Shown: piece by piece, positions 26,895 to 35,537 of the stretch
Layout of the letters: each line of letters begins with the position of its first letter
Position numbering within the stretch: position 1 is the stretch's first letter
DNA from: Vicinamibacterales bacterium
GTDB taxonomy: Bacteria; Acidobacteriota; Vicinamibacteria; Vicinamibacterales; UBA2999
Length of the DNA stretch: 64,000 nucleotides
NCBI GenBank assembly: GCA_036732565.1
Contig: DAINCF010000001.1
Coordinates: 1,787-65,786, forward strand
Direction: 5' to 3'
The notes under the pieces: generated by a model
Database searches by the model: none
The model's input: only the letters and a program-made list of their open reading frames with translations
Told to the model about the DNA's origin: nothing
Made by a program: the position numbers and the translations under genes

Positions 26895-29288
26895 TCAGCC
26901 AGCGAACATGCTTGCGCGTGCTGCCGCCGCCGCTGCTTCGGAAGCCGCTGCGGCCGCGCGTTCGGCTGACTGGACCGCGTCGTTGGCTTCTTGCTCCGCT
27001 CGCCGCGCGGATTCCTCGGTTGTCTTGACGAGATCGTTTGCCTGATCGCGCAGTTCGGAAATCGCGCGGGTCAGCTCGTCGCACTCGTCGCGGAGGCGCA
27101 CGATCTCCTCCTGAAGCCGTCGTGCTTCCTGCTCGTGATCGCTGCACTGCCGTTCGTGGTCTGCGGTGTCCTGCTCATGTTGTTGGGTCTTGCCGACAAG
27201 CTCTTCGCCCTGGTTTGCCGCATCCTGGATCTGACCGAGCAGTTGCGTCGACTCTTGTTCATGCGCGCCGCATTCCTGAACGAGGCGTTGTGCCTCGCTC
27301 GCATGCTCGCCGATCGTAGCGAGCTCCTTGTTGGCGTCGGCCACTGCTTGTTGGATTTCGCCGACGAGCGATGACGCTTCATCGGCGCTCGCCTCGATCC
27401 GGGATACGGTCTCATCGGCTCGAGCTGCGTGATCCTCTATTTGAGTAACCAGATCGCTGGCCGATTTGGCATGCTCGCTGGCCACCTCCGCGTGGCCCTC
27501 AGCGGTTGTGGCGTGTTGACCGGCGTCCCCAGCCTGTTGTTCGGCAATGCCCGCCTGCTGTTCCGCCGCCGACGCCTGCTGCTCGGCAACACCAGCGTGC
27601 TGCTGTGCCGTCGTTGCCTGCTCTTCGGCCACGCCCGCCTGTTGCTCGGCCGTCGACGCCTGCTGCTCCGCAGTGCTGGCGAACTGCTCTGCCACCGTCG
27701 CATGCTGTTCGGCAGTGCCGGCTTGCTCCGCCGCCGCATCGGATTGTTCCTGCGCGATGGATGCCTGTTGTTCGGCGGCCTGGGCCTGTTCCTCCGCGCG
27801 TCCAGCCTGTTGTTCTGCGGAGGCGGCATGAGTATCGGCAGCCGCTTCGTGTCGCTCCGCAGCACCCGCGTGTTGTTCGGCTACCGACGCGTGCTGCTCG
27901 GCCGCCGTCGCTTGCTGTTCCGCGGCCGTCGCTTGCAGCTCGGCCCCGCTCGCATGCTGCTCCGCGACACCGGCTTGTTGTTCTGCGAGGGTAGCCTGTT
28001 GCTCTGCCGCCGTGGCTTGCTGCTCGGCAGCGGTGGCCTGCTGTTCGGCGAGGCCGGCCTGTTGCTCCGCGGTCGTTGCCTGTTGTTCTGCAGCACTCGC
28101 TTGCTGCTCTGCGACGCCGGCGTGTTGCTCGGCCGCGCCGGCCTGCTGCTCCGCCGTGCCAGCGTGTTGTTCCGCGGTTCCGGCATGCTGCTCAGCGGCG
28201 GCACTCTGTTGCTCGGCCAACCCCGATGCCTGTTCTGCGCTAGCAGAGTGTTGTTCGGCTACCCCAACTTGTTGCTCAGCCGCACCCGCATGTTGTTCAG
28301 CACTCGTAGCATGCTGCTCCGCATCGCCCGAATGCTGCTGCGCCAGGCCAGCCTGTTGTTCCGCTTGGTCCGCCTGGTCTGCTGCCGCTTGCGCGCGCTC
28401 GGCCGCTGCCTCTGCCTGTTCGCCGGCCGATTCGGCATGCTCTTGTGCCTCGCGCGCGGCGTCCGCCGCGCTCTGACTGCTGTTGTTGGCATCCGCGGCG
28501 GCCTCTGCCGCACTCTCGCCATTGAACTGATCGGCCACATTCCCCTCCAACTCGGTTGAGCCAACGGTTCCTGAGGACAGTCCCGATGCGCTGCCTGCCG
28601 GCTGTTCGAATACCTTGAGGTCCCGGAGTAGGTCTTTCTCCCGTTGGTGCAGACGTTCGAGCTGACTCTCCATCTGACGCCGAGCGTCCAGCGTCTGCTC
28701 GCCGATTCGATCGACTTGTTCGAGATCGCCCACCAACCGGCGGTTGCCCTCGACGACGTCGCTGAGGGCTTTTCCGAGGCCCGTCACGGTGTCGAGTGGT
28801 CCGAAGTCCGCCTCGCCACCGCTCAGGCGGTCAGCTGTCTTCGCCAACTCGCCAATGCCTTGAGCGATCGGCGCCACGCCCGCGGCGTTCCCATCGAGAA
28901 TCTTGCCGAAGCCCTCGAGAGTGTTCCCTACCCCTTTGCTCGCGCTACCAAAGGCACCGTCACCTGCGCCTCCGAGCTTCAGCACTCCGGCGGCCTTGCC
29001 GAGGTCATCCTTCGCGTAGAGGAGGTCGATCCCATCTTGAACGACGCCGTAGGCGGCTTTGAGAGGTGGCACGCGGTCTCCGACAGCGGCGAAGGTTCCA
29101 TCGGCAACGCCTTTGATGATCTGCGCCCCAGATGAGATCATCCCTAACCTGGCGTCGCCGATACCCTCAGCCGACGACTGCTCGAGATCACCCATGACAC
29201 GTCGAATATCAGTGATGGCATTTCTCACTCGCTCGAGGTGCGCTTCGACATCCTGGGGTGTTCGTGGACGACTGTCGCTCATGGTCAT
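26895..29288 (-). CDS. 797-aa acidic repeat protein: Gly-rich N-terminal domain, 43 AEQ[Q/H]Axx heptads, C-terminal coiled-coil; no signal peptide
   Basis: ORF track protein. I parsed the repeat register by hand (aa 309-609). It lies 6 nt downstream of the J-like gene stop. Confidence 0.85.
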   Translation of the reverse strand: MTMSDSRPRTPQDVEAHLERVRNAITDIRRVMGDLEQSSAEGIGDARLGMISSGAQIIKGVADGTFAAVGDRVPPLKAAYGVVQDGIDLLYAKDDLGKAAGVLKLGGAGDGAFGSASKGVGNTLEGFGKILDGNAAGVAPIAQGIGELAKTADRLSGGEADFGPLDTVTGLGKALSDVVEGNRRLVGDLEQVDRIGEQTLDARRQMESQLERLHQREKDLLRDLKVFEQPAGSASGLSSGTVGSTELEGNVADQFNGESAAEAAADANNSSQSAADAAREAQEHAESAGEQAEAAAERAQAAADQADQAEQQAGLAQQHSGDAEQHATSAEQHAGAAEQQVGVAEQHSASAEQASGLAEQQSAAAEQHAGTAEQHAGTAEQQAGAAEQHAGVAEQQASAAEQQATTAEQQAGLAEQQATAAEQQATAAEQQATLAEQQAGVAEQHASGAELQATAAEQQATAAEQHASVAEQHAGAAERHEAAADTHAASAEQQAGRAEEQAQAAEQQASIAQEQSDAAAEQAGTAEQHATVAEQFASTAEQQASTAEQQAGVAEEQATTAQQHAGVAEQQASAAEQQAGIAEQQAGDAGQHATTAEGHAEVASEHAKSASDLVTQIEDHAARADETVSRIEASADEASSLVGEIQQAVADANKELATIGEHASEAQRLVQECGAHEQESTQLLGQIQDAANQGEELVGKTQQHEQDTADHERQCSDHEQEARRLQEEIVRLRDECDELTRAISELRDQANDLVKTTEESARRAEQEANDAVQSAERAAAAASEAAAAAARASMFAG
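27462..28364 (-). repeat. Intragenic tandem repeat, 43 x 21 bp (903 bp), with no indel in register
   Basis: Encodes AEQQAGL AQQHSGD AEQHATS ... ASEHAKS. Ala is at position 1 in 43/43 units and His at position 4 in 17/43. It generates spurious repeat ORFs in the other frames and on the other strand. Confidence 0.9.
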
Positions 29289-29294
29289 GCCCTA

Positions 29295-30104
29295 TCAATC
29301 GAGCTCGAGGGGGAGCGTCTTGTCCAGACGATCGACATCGAGTGACCAGATGCCTGTCTTCAGGAATGGCTCCGCATCGGCGTACTGGATCAGGAGGGCA
29401 TACGACAGCAAGCGGCCGTCCCAGTCGCGCCCGCGGCCGAGCCCCGAGTCGATCTGGGCTACTTCGTCCGGCTTCAGCGCCCATTCTGGGTAGCCGTAGC
29501 TTCCGCTGTGGGCGACGTGTAGCCCCGTCTTCACACTGGAATAGACGACCGCCGCGGCAAGAATCCGTATGGATCCCCGCGATCGGTTGCGGACGCGCAT
29601 CCGCTCGTCAACGAACAGCGCATTGAGCTCCGAGATGGTCGATTCCGCCGCTGCCAGGCGCTGTTGTGCCTGTTGCACGGTAGCGGACAGATCGGCGCGT
29701 GCCTGCCGCTCACGCCACCACCCAAGACCCATGGCGGTGACGAGGGTCAGCAGCACTGCCGAGATGACGCCCGCAACGAGTGTCGATCGGGGAAGCACGT
29801 CGGGCGCGGCCACCGCCTCTTGTCCACGGGCGGTTGGAGCTGTGAATGGTGTCGCATTCATTGCAAGTGCTGGCTCATTTGCGGGAAGGTCGATGTTGCG
29901 ATCGGCCTCTCCTGGTGCGAGGAGCTCGCACGCGTCTCGCAAGTCCTGCAACGCCTTCTGGTAGGTGCGTCGCAGCGTCGGTGTCGGAGCGTTGGTCAGC
30001 CGGATGTGCGTGTCGGTGTGCAGCGCCTGAAACTGTCGGCGGACCTCCGCGCGGGCAGCATCGCGTTGGCATCCGAGGAGGGCCTCAGCCGCTTCGCGTG
30101 TCAT
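29295..30104 (-). CDS. Single-pass membrane protein with an N-terminal J-like domain (HPD replaced by H-I-R) and a ~130-aa extracytoplasmic C-terminal domain
   Basis: EALLGCQRDAARAEVRRQFQALHTDTHIRLTNA...YQKALQDLRDACELL aligns by eye to the J-domain helices II-III. TM segment STLVAGVISAVLLTLVTAMGLGWW. ATGA overlap with the Hsp70 stop. Confidence 0.7.
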   Translation of the reverse strand: MTREAAEALLGCQRDAARAEVRRQFQALHTDTHIRLTNAPTPTLRRTYQKALQDLRDACELLAPGEADRNIDLPANEPALAMNATPFTAPTARGQEAVAAPDVLPRSTLVAGVISAVLLTLVTAMGLGWWRERQARADLSATVQQAQQRLAAAESTISELNALFVDERMRVRNRSRGSIRILAAAVVYSSVKTGLHVAHSGSYGYPEWALKPDEVAQIDSGLGRGRDWDGRLLSYALLIQYADAEPFLKTGIWSLDVDRLDKTLPLELD

Positions 30105-31615
30105 AAATGGTTCACCGGCGTGGCGCGCACTAACGCGTGCTGGCGGGCAAGTGCCGCTGCTGCACTGGCATCGTCGCGCGAAAAGAGCTGCTCGAGCTCG
30201 AGTCCGGACTCGGCATCGTAGGCGCTCACCGCGACCGTAGAGTCGGCGCGCACTTCGATGGTGACGTCGACCGGATAATTGAGTCTCGGTCGTGCCAAGG
30301 GGCCCACCACCAAATCGCCCAAGTAAGTTTCTTGGCCATCGCCTGGCCGAAACTGCACGATCTCGAGCACGATCCGTTCTTGCTCGGCGCGAGTTGTGAA
30401 GAAGGTCCGAGTCGCGCGGCCTGGTAACGGTACGTTCTGGGGGACCACGGCATCGAACGTGACGCGGCCAGTGTGCGGGTCGACGACGCGCACGCCGGTG
30501 GCGTGGCCGCTAACGCCTCGCAGCGTGGGTGGCAGGTCGAGTGCCTCAGCGTCTCCCGACAATTGCAACGCGTGAATAGCCGCCCCGAACGCCACGGCCT
30601 TCCCGGGCTCGTGATAGCGCACACGCTCGGGGAAAAGGCGTTCCATCCGGTCCCGAATCGCTGGCACCATCGACGAACCGCCGACGAGCAATACGTCATC
30701 GATGTCATCGGGTTCGAGGCGGGCCGATCGAACGCATTCGAGCGCCAGCGCCTGACAGCGATCGAGGAGCGGGCCAATCTGTTCGTCGAATGCATACACC
30801 GCGATTCGCACGTCCAGCGGCAAGTCGCCCATCAGCAGGGTGCGCCGGACGACAGGCCGGGTAGTCGCGCAAAGCTCAATCTTGAGTGCCTCTGCTGCGC
30901 GCCGCAGATCCAGCAGCGTACGGGCAGTACTGGACAAACGCGTGCGGAGCCGCTCGTCGCACCCCGACAACAGTAATGCGGCAACCGCGTCGTCGAGTTC
31001 CTTACCCCCGAGATCGGCGACGCCAGCCTTGGACAGCACAGTAAGGCCGGAGCTTTGACAGGCAACCACGGATACGTCGCAGGTGCCCCCGCCCCAGTCG
31101 AACACCAACACGACGCGATCATCTGCTCCAACGGTGGCGCCGTAGTGAAGAGCAGCGGCCACCGGTTCCTCGACCAGATGCATCACCGGCAGATCGGCCA
31201 TCATGGCGGCGGCAATCACCGCTCTCCGCTGCGGGTCCGTGAAGTGTGCAGGAACTGTGATGACCCCACCATCGATCTGGGCATCACCCGATGTCTCTGC
31301 GTCGTAGCGGAGTTTCTTGAGGATGAGAGCCGCGAGCGCTTCCGCGCGCCAACCGGCTCCCCGGGCGTCGAAGCAGATCGGCTCGGCGGTGCCGAGGCTG
31401 CGCTTGAAGTATCGCAGCGCGACGAGATGCGGCTCTTCGTCAAGGAGCGCTTCCGCCGTGCGCCCGACATATGCGGCCTGACTCGCGAAACACACAACCG
31501 ATGGCGTGTGAAACAGGTCCTGCTGCACGCAGTCCGGCAGGAGCAACGGCGTGCCGTCGGCGTTGACGCGGGCCACGAGCGCATAGCTATTGCCCAGATC
31601 GATGCCGATTCTCAT
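30101..31615 (-). CDS. Atypical Hsp70-family ATPase (504 aa; NBD plus beta-sandwich SBD, no helical lid)
   Basis: IGIDLGNSYALVARV, VITVPAHFTDPQRRAVIAAA, EPVAAALHYG, VLVFDWGGGTCDVSVV, LLVGGSSMVPAIR and KAVAFGAAIHA match the Hsp70 NBD signatures. The protein ends about 120 aa after the NBD. Confidence 0.9.
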   Translation of the reverse strand: MRIGIDLGNSYALVARVNADGTPLLLPDCVQQDLFHTPSVVCFASQAAYVGRTAEALLDEEPHLVALRYFKRSLGTAEPICFDARGAGWRAEALAALILKKLRYDAETSGDAQIDGGVITVPAHFTDPQRRAVIAAAMMADLPVMHLVEEPVAAALHYGATVGADDRVVLVFDWGGGTCDVSVVACQSSGLTVLSKAGVADLGGKELDDAVAALLLSGCDERLRTRLSSTARTLLDLRRAAEALKIELCATTRPVVRRTLLMGDLPLDVRIAVYAFDEQIGPLLDRCQALALECVRSARLEPDDIDDVLLVGGSSMVPAIRDRMERLFPERVRYHEPGKAVAFGAAIHALQLSGDAEALDLPPTLRGVSGHATGVRVVDPHTGRVTFDAVVPQNVPLPGRATRTFFTTRAEQERIVLEIVQFRPGDGQETYLGDLVVGPLARPRLNYPVDVTIEVRADSTVAVSAYDAESGLELEQLFSRDDASAAAALARQHALVRATPVNHL

Positions 31616-33240
31616 GACCGTTGTGCCCCGATTTCCCAGCCGGCGATCACCTGTTTCAGCTCGCCGCGCAGCTCCAAGAGGGTCGTTCCGGCGATCTCGC
31701 GGGCGCGAGCCGTCGTGGCGTACCGACGCTCCAGGGCGTCGTAGGCTTGCACCTGGCGCTGCGCTCGCTGGCGGGCGGCATCCGCGTCCGCGGTCTGGCG
31801 GACGACACGCTCTCGAATTGCCTGCTCGAGGTCGGCGATCAACGTTGGTAGTTCATCTTGCAGATGCTGCGCGACGGTCGCCACCCACAAGCGTTGGAAC
31901 TCCTGTAGAATTCGACGTCCTTCTCCCCGTAGGTGCTCACGAGCTCGTTCACGCTCTCGAGCCTCACCCTCCGCCCGCTCCCGCCGGACCGTCCTCATCG
32001 CTTGCAACGCGCCAAGCGAGAGGAGCAGCACGCTGAGCGGCACCATCACGTCACGGAATGAACGGAGGAACGAGAAGCCGAACGCCGACAACAGCATCAC
32101 GACGACCATCTGATAGCGGCGGGCTATGGTGAGATATTCGAAGAACCCCGGCCGTGGCAATTCGCCTTGGTAATGTCTCGAGAAGATCACTGTGATGTCG
32201 AGGATCCGATGCAACCGCCCGTCAGACAGATGCCGAAGCGGCGTTGGGGTCCTCGCGCCTTTGCCAGTTGGCAGTCGATCGGCCGCCTGACGCTGAATCA
32301 CTCGGATCAGATCGTGAGTCGCGCGGAGATCCGCGAGGCCGTGTGCAAGAAGCGCTCGTCGTATGTCTCGCAGAAGGTTCTGCTCATCAGTCGGAGCGAG
32401 CCGAGTTGTCGTTGTGCGAGAGCGCGCTTCGCGGTCGAGGCGGACGACAGCATTGACTGCTTGCTCGACCTCGCTCCACAGCTCGGCCCCTGGCAACGAC
32501 GCCATGTGAAGGCGCTCCTCGAGTCCACGGACGAGCTCCACGGTCTGCCGCTGAAGGGACGTCCGCAGTTCGGCGACCGCCTCGACGCCAACGGCTTGAA
32601 GAGTTGGCGCGGAGCGGTGCTGCAGCAGGCCTCGGCGAGTGCGAAGCGACTGTAAGTCTCGGTGAACGTCGGCGGTGAAGGCAGCCAGCAGCGCTGATGC
32701 AGCGTCAGCGATGGCGACCGCTTGCAAAGCATTCCATGTGGCCGAGTCGACGTGCGACGCCCATGCAGCGACGAGGGTCTCCGCGGTGTGGTCGGCCTCG
32801 AGCCAACAGGTATTCCATGCGTGGTCGGTGAGAAGACGGCGGACCGTGGGAGTCTCGGCAGCGCAGCCGCTTACGAGGACGAACGGCCGTTGGTCAATCG
32901 CGCCTGCGACAGTAGGCGATGGTGGGTCGCTGGGCGCCACCCACGCCAGAATCGGCGCAACCGTCCGGCCTGCCACGGTGACACTCACCGCCGGCGATGC
33001 TAGCCGCAGGTGAATCAGTCGTCCGGCAGCCTCGATGGTGTCAGGTGTCGTCGCCTCAGACGTGAGTATTTCGACCTCGCTGACCGGCGACTCACAGGTC
33101 CGAATGAGGTGCTCGGCTGCGGCCCGCAGTGCCGTTTGGGAGCGCGGACCGCTCTCGGCGACCAGTCGGGAGAACTCTTCCAGCCACTGTCTCAGCGTTC
33201 GCTGTGCTGTCACGGCACCGCCACGGGCGACCGTTCTCAC
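31612..33240 (-). CDS. 542-aa membrane protein, no recognisable domain (TM hairpin plus C-terminal Arg/Glu-rich coiled-coil)
   Basis: GTGA and ATGA overlaps with both neighbours. Hydrophobic hairpin MVVVMLLSAFGFSFL...MVPLSVLLLSLGALQAM. C-terminus RRERAEGEARERERAREHLRGEGRR. Confidence 0.8.
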   Translation of the reverse strand: MRTVARGGAVTAQRTLRQWLEEFSRLVAESGPRSQTALRAAAEHLIRTCESPVSEVEILTSEATTPDTIEAAGRLIHLRLASPAVSVTVAGRTVAPILAWVAPSDPPSPTVAGAIDQRPFVLVSGCAAETPTVRRLLTDHAWNTCWLEADHTAETLVAAWASHVDSATWNALQAVAIADAASALLAAFTADVHRDLQSLRTRRGLLQHRSAPTLQAVGVEAVAELRTSLQRQTVELVRGLEERLHMASLPGAELWSEVEQAVNAVVRLDREARSRTTTTRLAPTDEQNLLRDIRRALLAHGLADLRATHDLIRVIQRQAADRLPTGKGARTPTPLRHLSDGRLHRILDITVIFSRHYQGELPRPGFFEYLTIARRYQMVVVMLLSAFGFSFLRSFRDVMVPLSVLLLSLGALQAMRTVRRERAEGEARERERAREHLRGEGRRILQEFQRLWVATVAQHLQDELPTLIADLEQAIRERVVRQTADADAARQRAQRQVQAYDALERRYATTARAREIAGTTLLELRGELKQVIAGWEIGAQRS

Positions 33241-34364
33241 CGCCGTCCCTCGTCATGACTGGTGACACGCACGCACCGAAAGCCGACGCTGTCGTCGCCC
33301 TGCTCGGGATTCAGGCGCGCGCGGGCGGACGCACGAAGACTAGACGCGATCGAGCGCCATGATCCGCCCCGTGCAACGCGATGGGCCGTGACCGTTGCAT
33401 CGGAGCTGACATACCAACCATCGACCCATTCCCACACGTTGCCTGCCATGTCGTAGAGACCCCAGTCGTTGGGCGCGAACGAGGCTACAGGCGCGGTGTG
33501 TTCCCAGCGATCGGCTGGCGGTGTGCCGAAGCTATTGGCGTGCGCTGTCAGGAATTGATCGCCCCAGGGGTACACAGCATCCACATTGCGGCCGCGCGCC
33601 GCGTACTCCCATTCCGCTTCGGTCGGCAGCCTGGCGCGAATCGAGGCACAGAACTCCTGCGCGTCGGCCCAGCGCGCGTTCACGACAGGCTGGTCGGGTC
33701 GCGTACTCCATGGCGGTTGTGGTGGCGTCGCCCGCCGGCGCGAAGCCGCGAACTCGCTGAACTGTTGCAGCGTCACTTCGGTGCGCATGATGTCGAAAGC
33801 GACGTCGATCGCGACCGCTCGACGAGGGCGCTCATCGGCGAGGCAGCTCGCATCGGTTGGAACACACCCCATCGCCACCGCGCCCGTCCCGACTCTGCGC
33901 CATGGCGTGGTAGCGAATGACTGTGCCCGCTCTTTGATGTCTTCGAGCGCAGCGGCTTCGAGATCGCGAGCCATGGTCTCTGCCGTGACTGTGGCGATGT
34001 CATCCTGCAGATCCAGTCGCACCAGCAGGGCCTGGCTCTCCTCGACGTCTACCGTCAGCTCGCGCCGGACCTTGGCGATTTGGCTCAGGACGATCACGAC
34101 ATGCGAACCGGCTGCGACAGGTATCTCGCGTGGTGTGTCCGCGACCGCCACGCCCGCGTCCTGCCCATCGATCCAGACTCGGCACGGCGCATCGCTGAGA
34201 ATGACGAGGCGACTGGCATGTTCGGCTGGCGGCGGCCCCCGACGCCGCTTCGTCACGTCCTGGACGTTCGGAGCTCGAGGCTTCGGCTTCGGCGGTGCCA
34301 CTTGCTCGGCCAGAAGAGTCGCGGCCATGAGCGTGGCCAGTAGGAACGTCGACAGCGATCGCAC
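33237..34364 (-). CDS. Secreted FGE/SUMF1 (formylglycine-generating-enzyme-fold) domain protein with a PEGA-like N-terminal domain
   Basis: Signal peptide MRSLSTFLLATLMAATLLA. LVILSDAPCRVWIDGQDAG is PEGA-like. RLPTEAEWEYAARG, NVWEWV and RVARGGSW are FGE-sulfatase motifs. Confidence 0.8.
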   Translation of the reverse strand: MRSLSTFLLATLMAATLLAEQVAPPKPKPRAPNVQDVTKRRRGPPPAEHASRLVILSDAPCRVWIDGQDAGVAVADTPREIPVAAGSHVVIVLSQIAKVRRELTVDVEESQALLVRLDLQDDIATVTAETMARDLEAAALEDIKERAQSFATTPWRRVGTGAVAMGCVPTDASCLADERPRRAVAIDVAFDIMRTEVTLQQFSEFAASRRRATPPQPPWSTRPDQPVVNARWADAQEFCASIRARLPTEAEWEYAARGRNVDAVYPWGDQFLTAHANSFGTPPADRWEHTAPVASFAPNDWGLYDMAGNVWEWVDGWYVSSDATVTAHRVARGGSWRSIASSLRASARARLNPEQGDDSVGFRCVRVTSHDEGRR

Positions 34365-34370
34365 AGAGCC

Positions 34371-35519
34371 TCACTTTTGAACCCAATCGCTCACGAGAAA
34401 CGACAGGCCCTGCAGATAGTCATCCGGTGCACAGTCGCGACACTCGAGCTCGACCGCCGCTCGCACGGTCCCATCCTCGACGCCTGTCAATCGGAGCGTG
34501 ATCAAACTGATCGTTCCGGTGGTTCGAAGTGTGCCGAATGCCAAGGCACTTGCGTTCGCCATGCGCCCGAGTTCCGCGGCACTCCGCGAGTCGGTAATGC
34601 CGAAGTTCTGAAACTGCGCCTCTTGAAGCAGCTCTTTGATGCGCTTGCGCTCGACGATCGACAGACCGGCGGCTGACAATTTGACGGCAAGCGCGCTCTC
34701 GAGCATCTCACGCAAGTCGCCCGCTTCCATCTCGAACCCAACTACCGCGACCGGTTGCTGGGCGAGCGCTTCGAGACGCAGTGGTTCGGTGACCTTGACC
34801 GTGAATTCGGCGATGGAGTACGGGTTGGCGCTGAGGTGCCGCTTCGTTCCCCCACTCTCTCCTGTGACCTCAGCGGCATAGAAGACACCGCCGACCGAGA
34901 AGCCACTCTCATACAGGTCGGTTCCCGATCCCCTGGCGAGCGGCGTGAGGTGCTCGAGCTTGCCGCTTCTGGTGTTGTACGCGCGGACTTCGTGACGCCG
35001 AAGCTGTAGTTCTTGGCCAAGCACCCAGGCGTAGTCGCCAGAGGGTGACAGTCCGATCGATTCCGGCTTGAGTATGCCGAGGTCGATTGATTTGATCTCG
35101 GCACCGGACTTCGGATTTCGGACCGACAGCGAGTATTGACGCTGGACTGCCTCAGGCCTCAGGCTTCCCGGGGTGAAGAGTGCGCTCGTCGCGACCGCCT
35201 CTTGAGCGATCGCGATCAGGATCTGCGACCGGCCGCGATTGATCGCGGCCAGCCGCGCTCGGGTCACCCCGCCTGCGATCGGCACTCGGTACAACTCGCG
35301 CCCCGTCTGAGCTCGTGCGATCCAGTGCTCGGTCACGAGATATCGCTCGTCGCCGCGAGCATCGTCGAACACACATGGGTCCCGGCGTACTTCGCATGCT
35401 TGCAGACGCTCACCCGACGGCTGTCGGCCAGCCCTGACAATCAGATCCCCCGCAGAAGCGGAGTGAGAGTGGAGACAGACCGCTACTGCCAACGCCTGAA
35501 CGCCGGTGCGAATGTCCAT
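34371..35519 (-). CDS. Secreted protein: unknown N-terminal ~230 aa plus a C-terminal CsgG/FlgO/TolB-N-like module
   Basis: Signal-like N-terminus. The C-terminus VAVVGFEMEAGD...SIVERKRIKELLQEAQFQNFG...LGRMANASALAFGTL follows the CsgG-like pattern. This is by-eye recognition. Confidence 0.65.
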   Translation of the reverse strand: MDIRTGVQALAVAVCLHSHSASAGDLIVRAGRQPSGERLQACEVRRDPCVFDDARGDERYLVTEHWIARAQTGRELYRVPIAGGVTRARLAAINRGRSQILIAIAQEAVATSALFTPGSLRPEAVQRQYSLSVRNPKSGAEIKSIDLGILKPESIGLSPSGDYAWVLGQELQLRRHEVRAYNTRSGKLEHLTPLARGSGTDLYESGFSVGGVFYAAEVTGESGGTKRHLSANPYSIAEFTVKVTEPLRLEALAQQPVAVVGFEMEAGDLREMLESALAVKLSAAGLSIVERKRIKELLQEAQFQNFGITDSRSAAELGRMANASALAFGTLRTTGTISLITLRLTGVEDGTVRAAVELECRDCAPDDYLQGLSFLVSDWVQK

Positions 35520-35537
35520 GGTCTGCCTCCCTTCCCT

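Noticed and set aside
27429-28559. Repeat ORFs on the opposite strand and in other frames of the heptad tract. An example is 28012-28476 (+), which encodes (ACCSAxx)n, a Cys-rich peptide that superficially looks like a RiPP precursor or metallothionein.
   Set aside because: They are the mechanical antisense or out-of-frame reading of GCC-GAG-CAG-CAG-GCC units. They have no SD or sensible start. The sense frame is embedded in a tightly coupled operon with proper flanking non-repeat domains.
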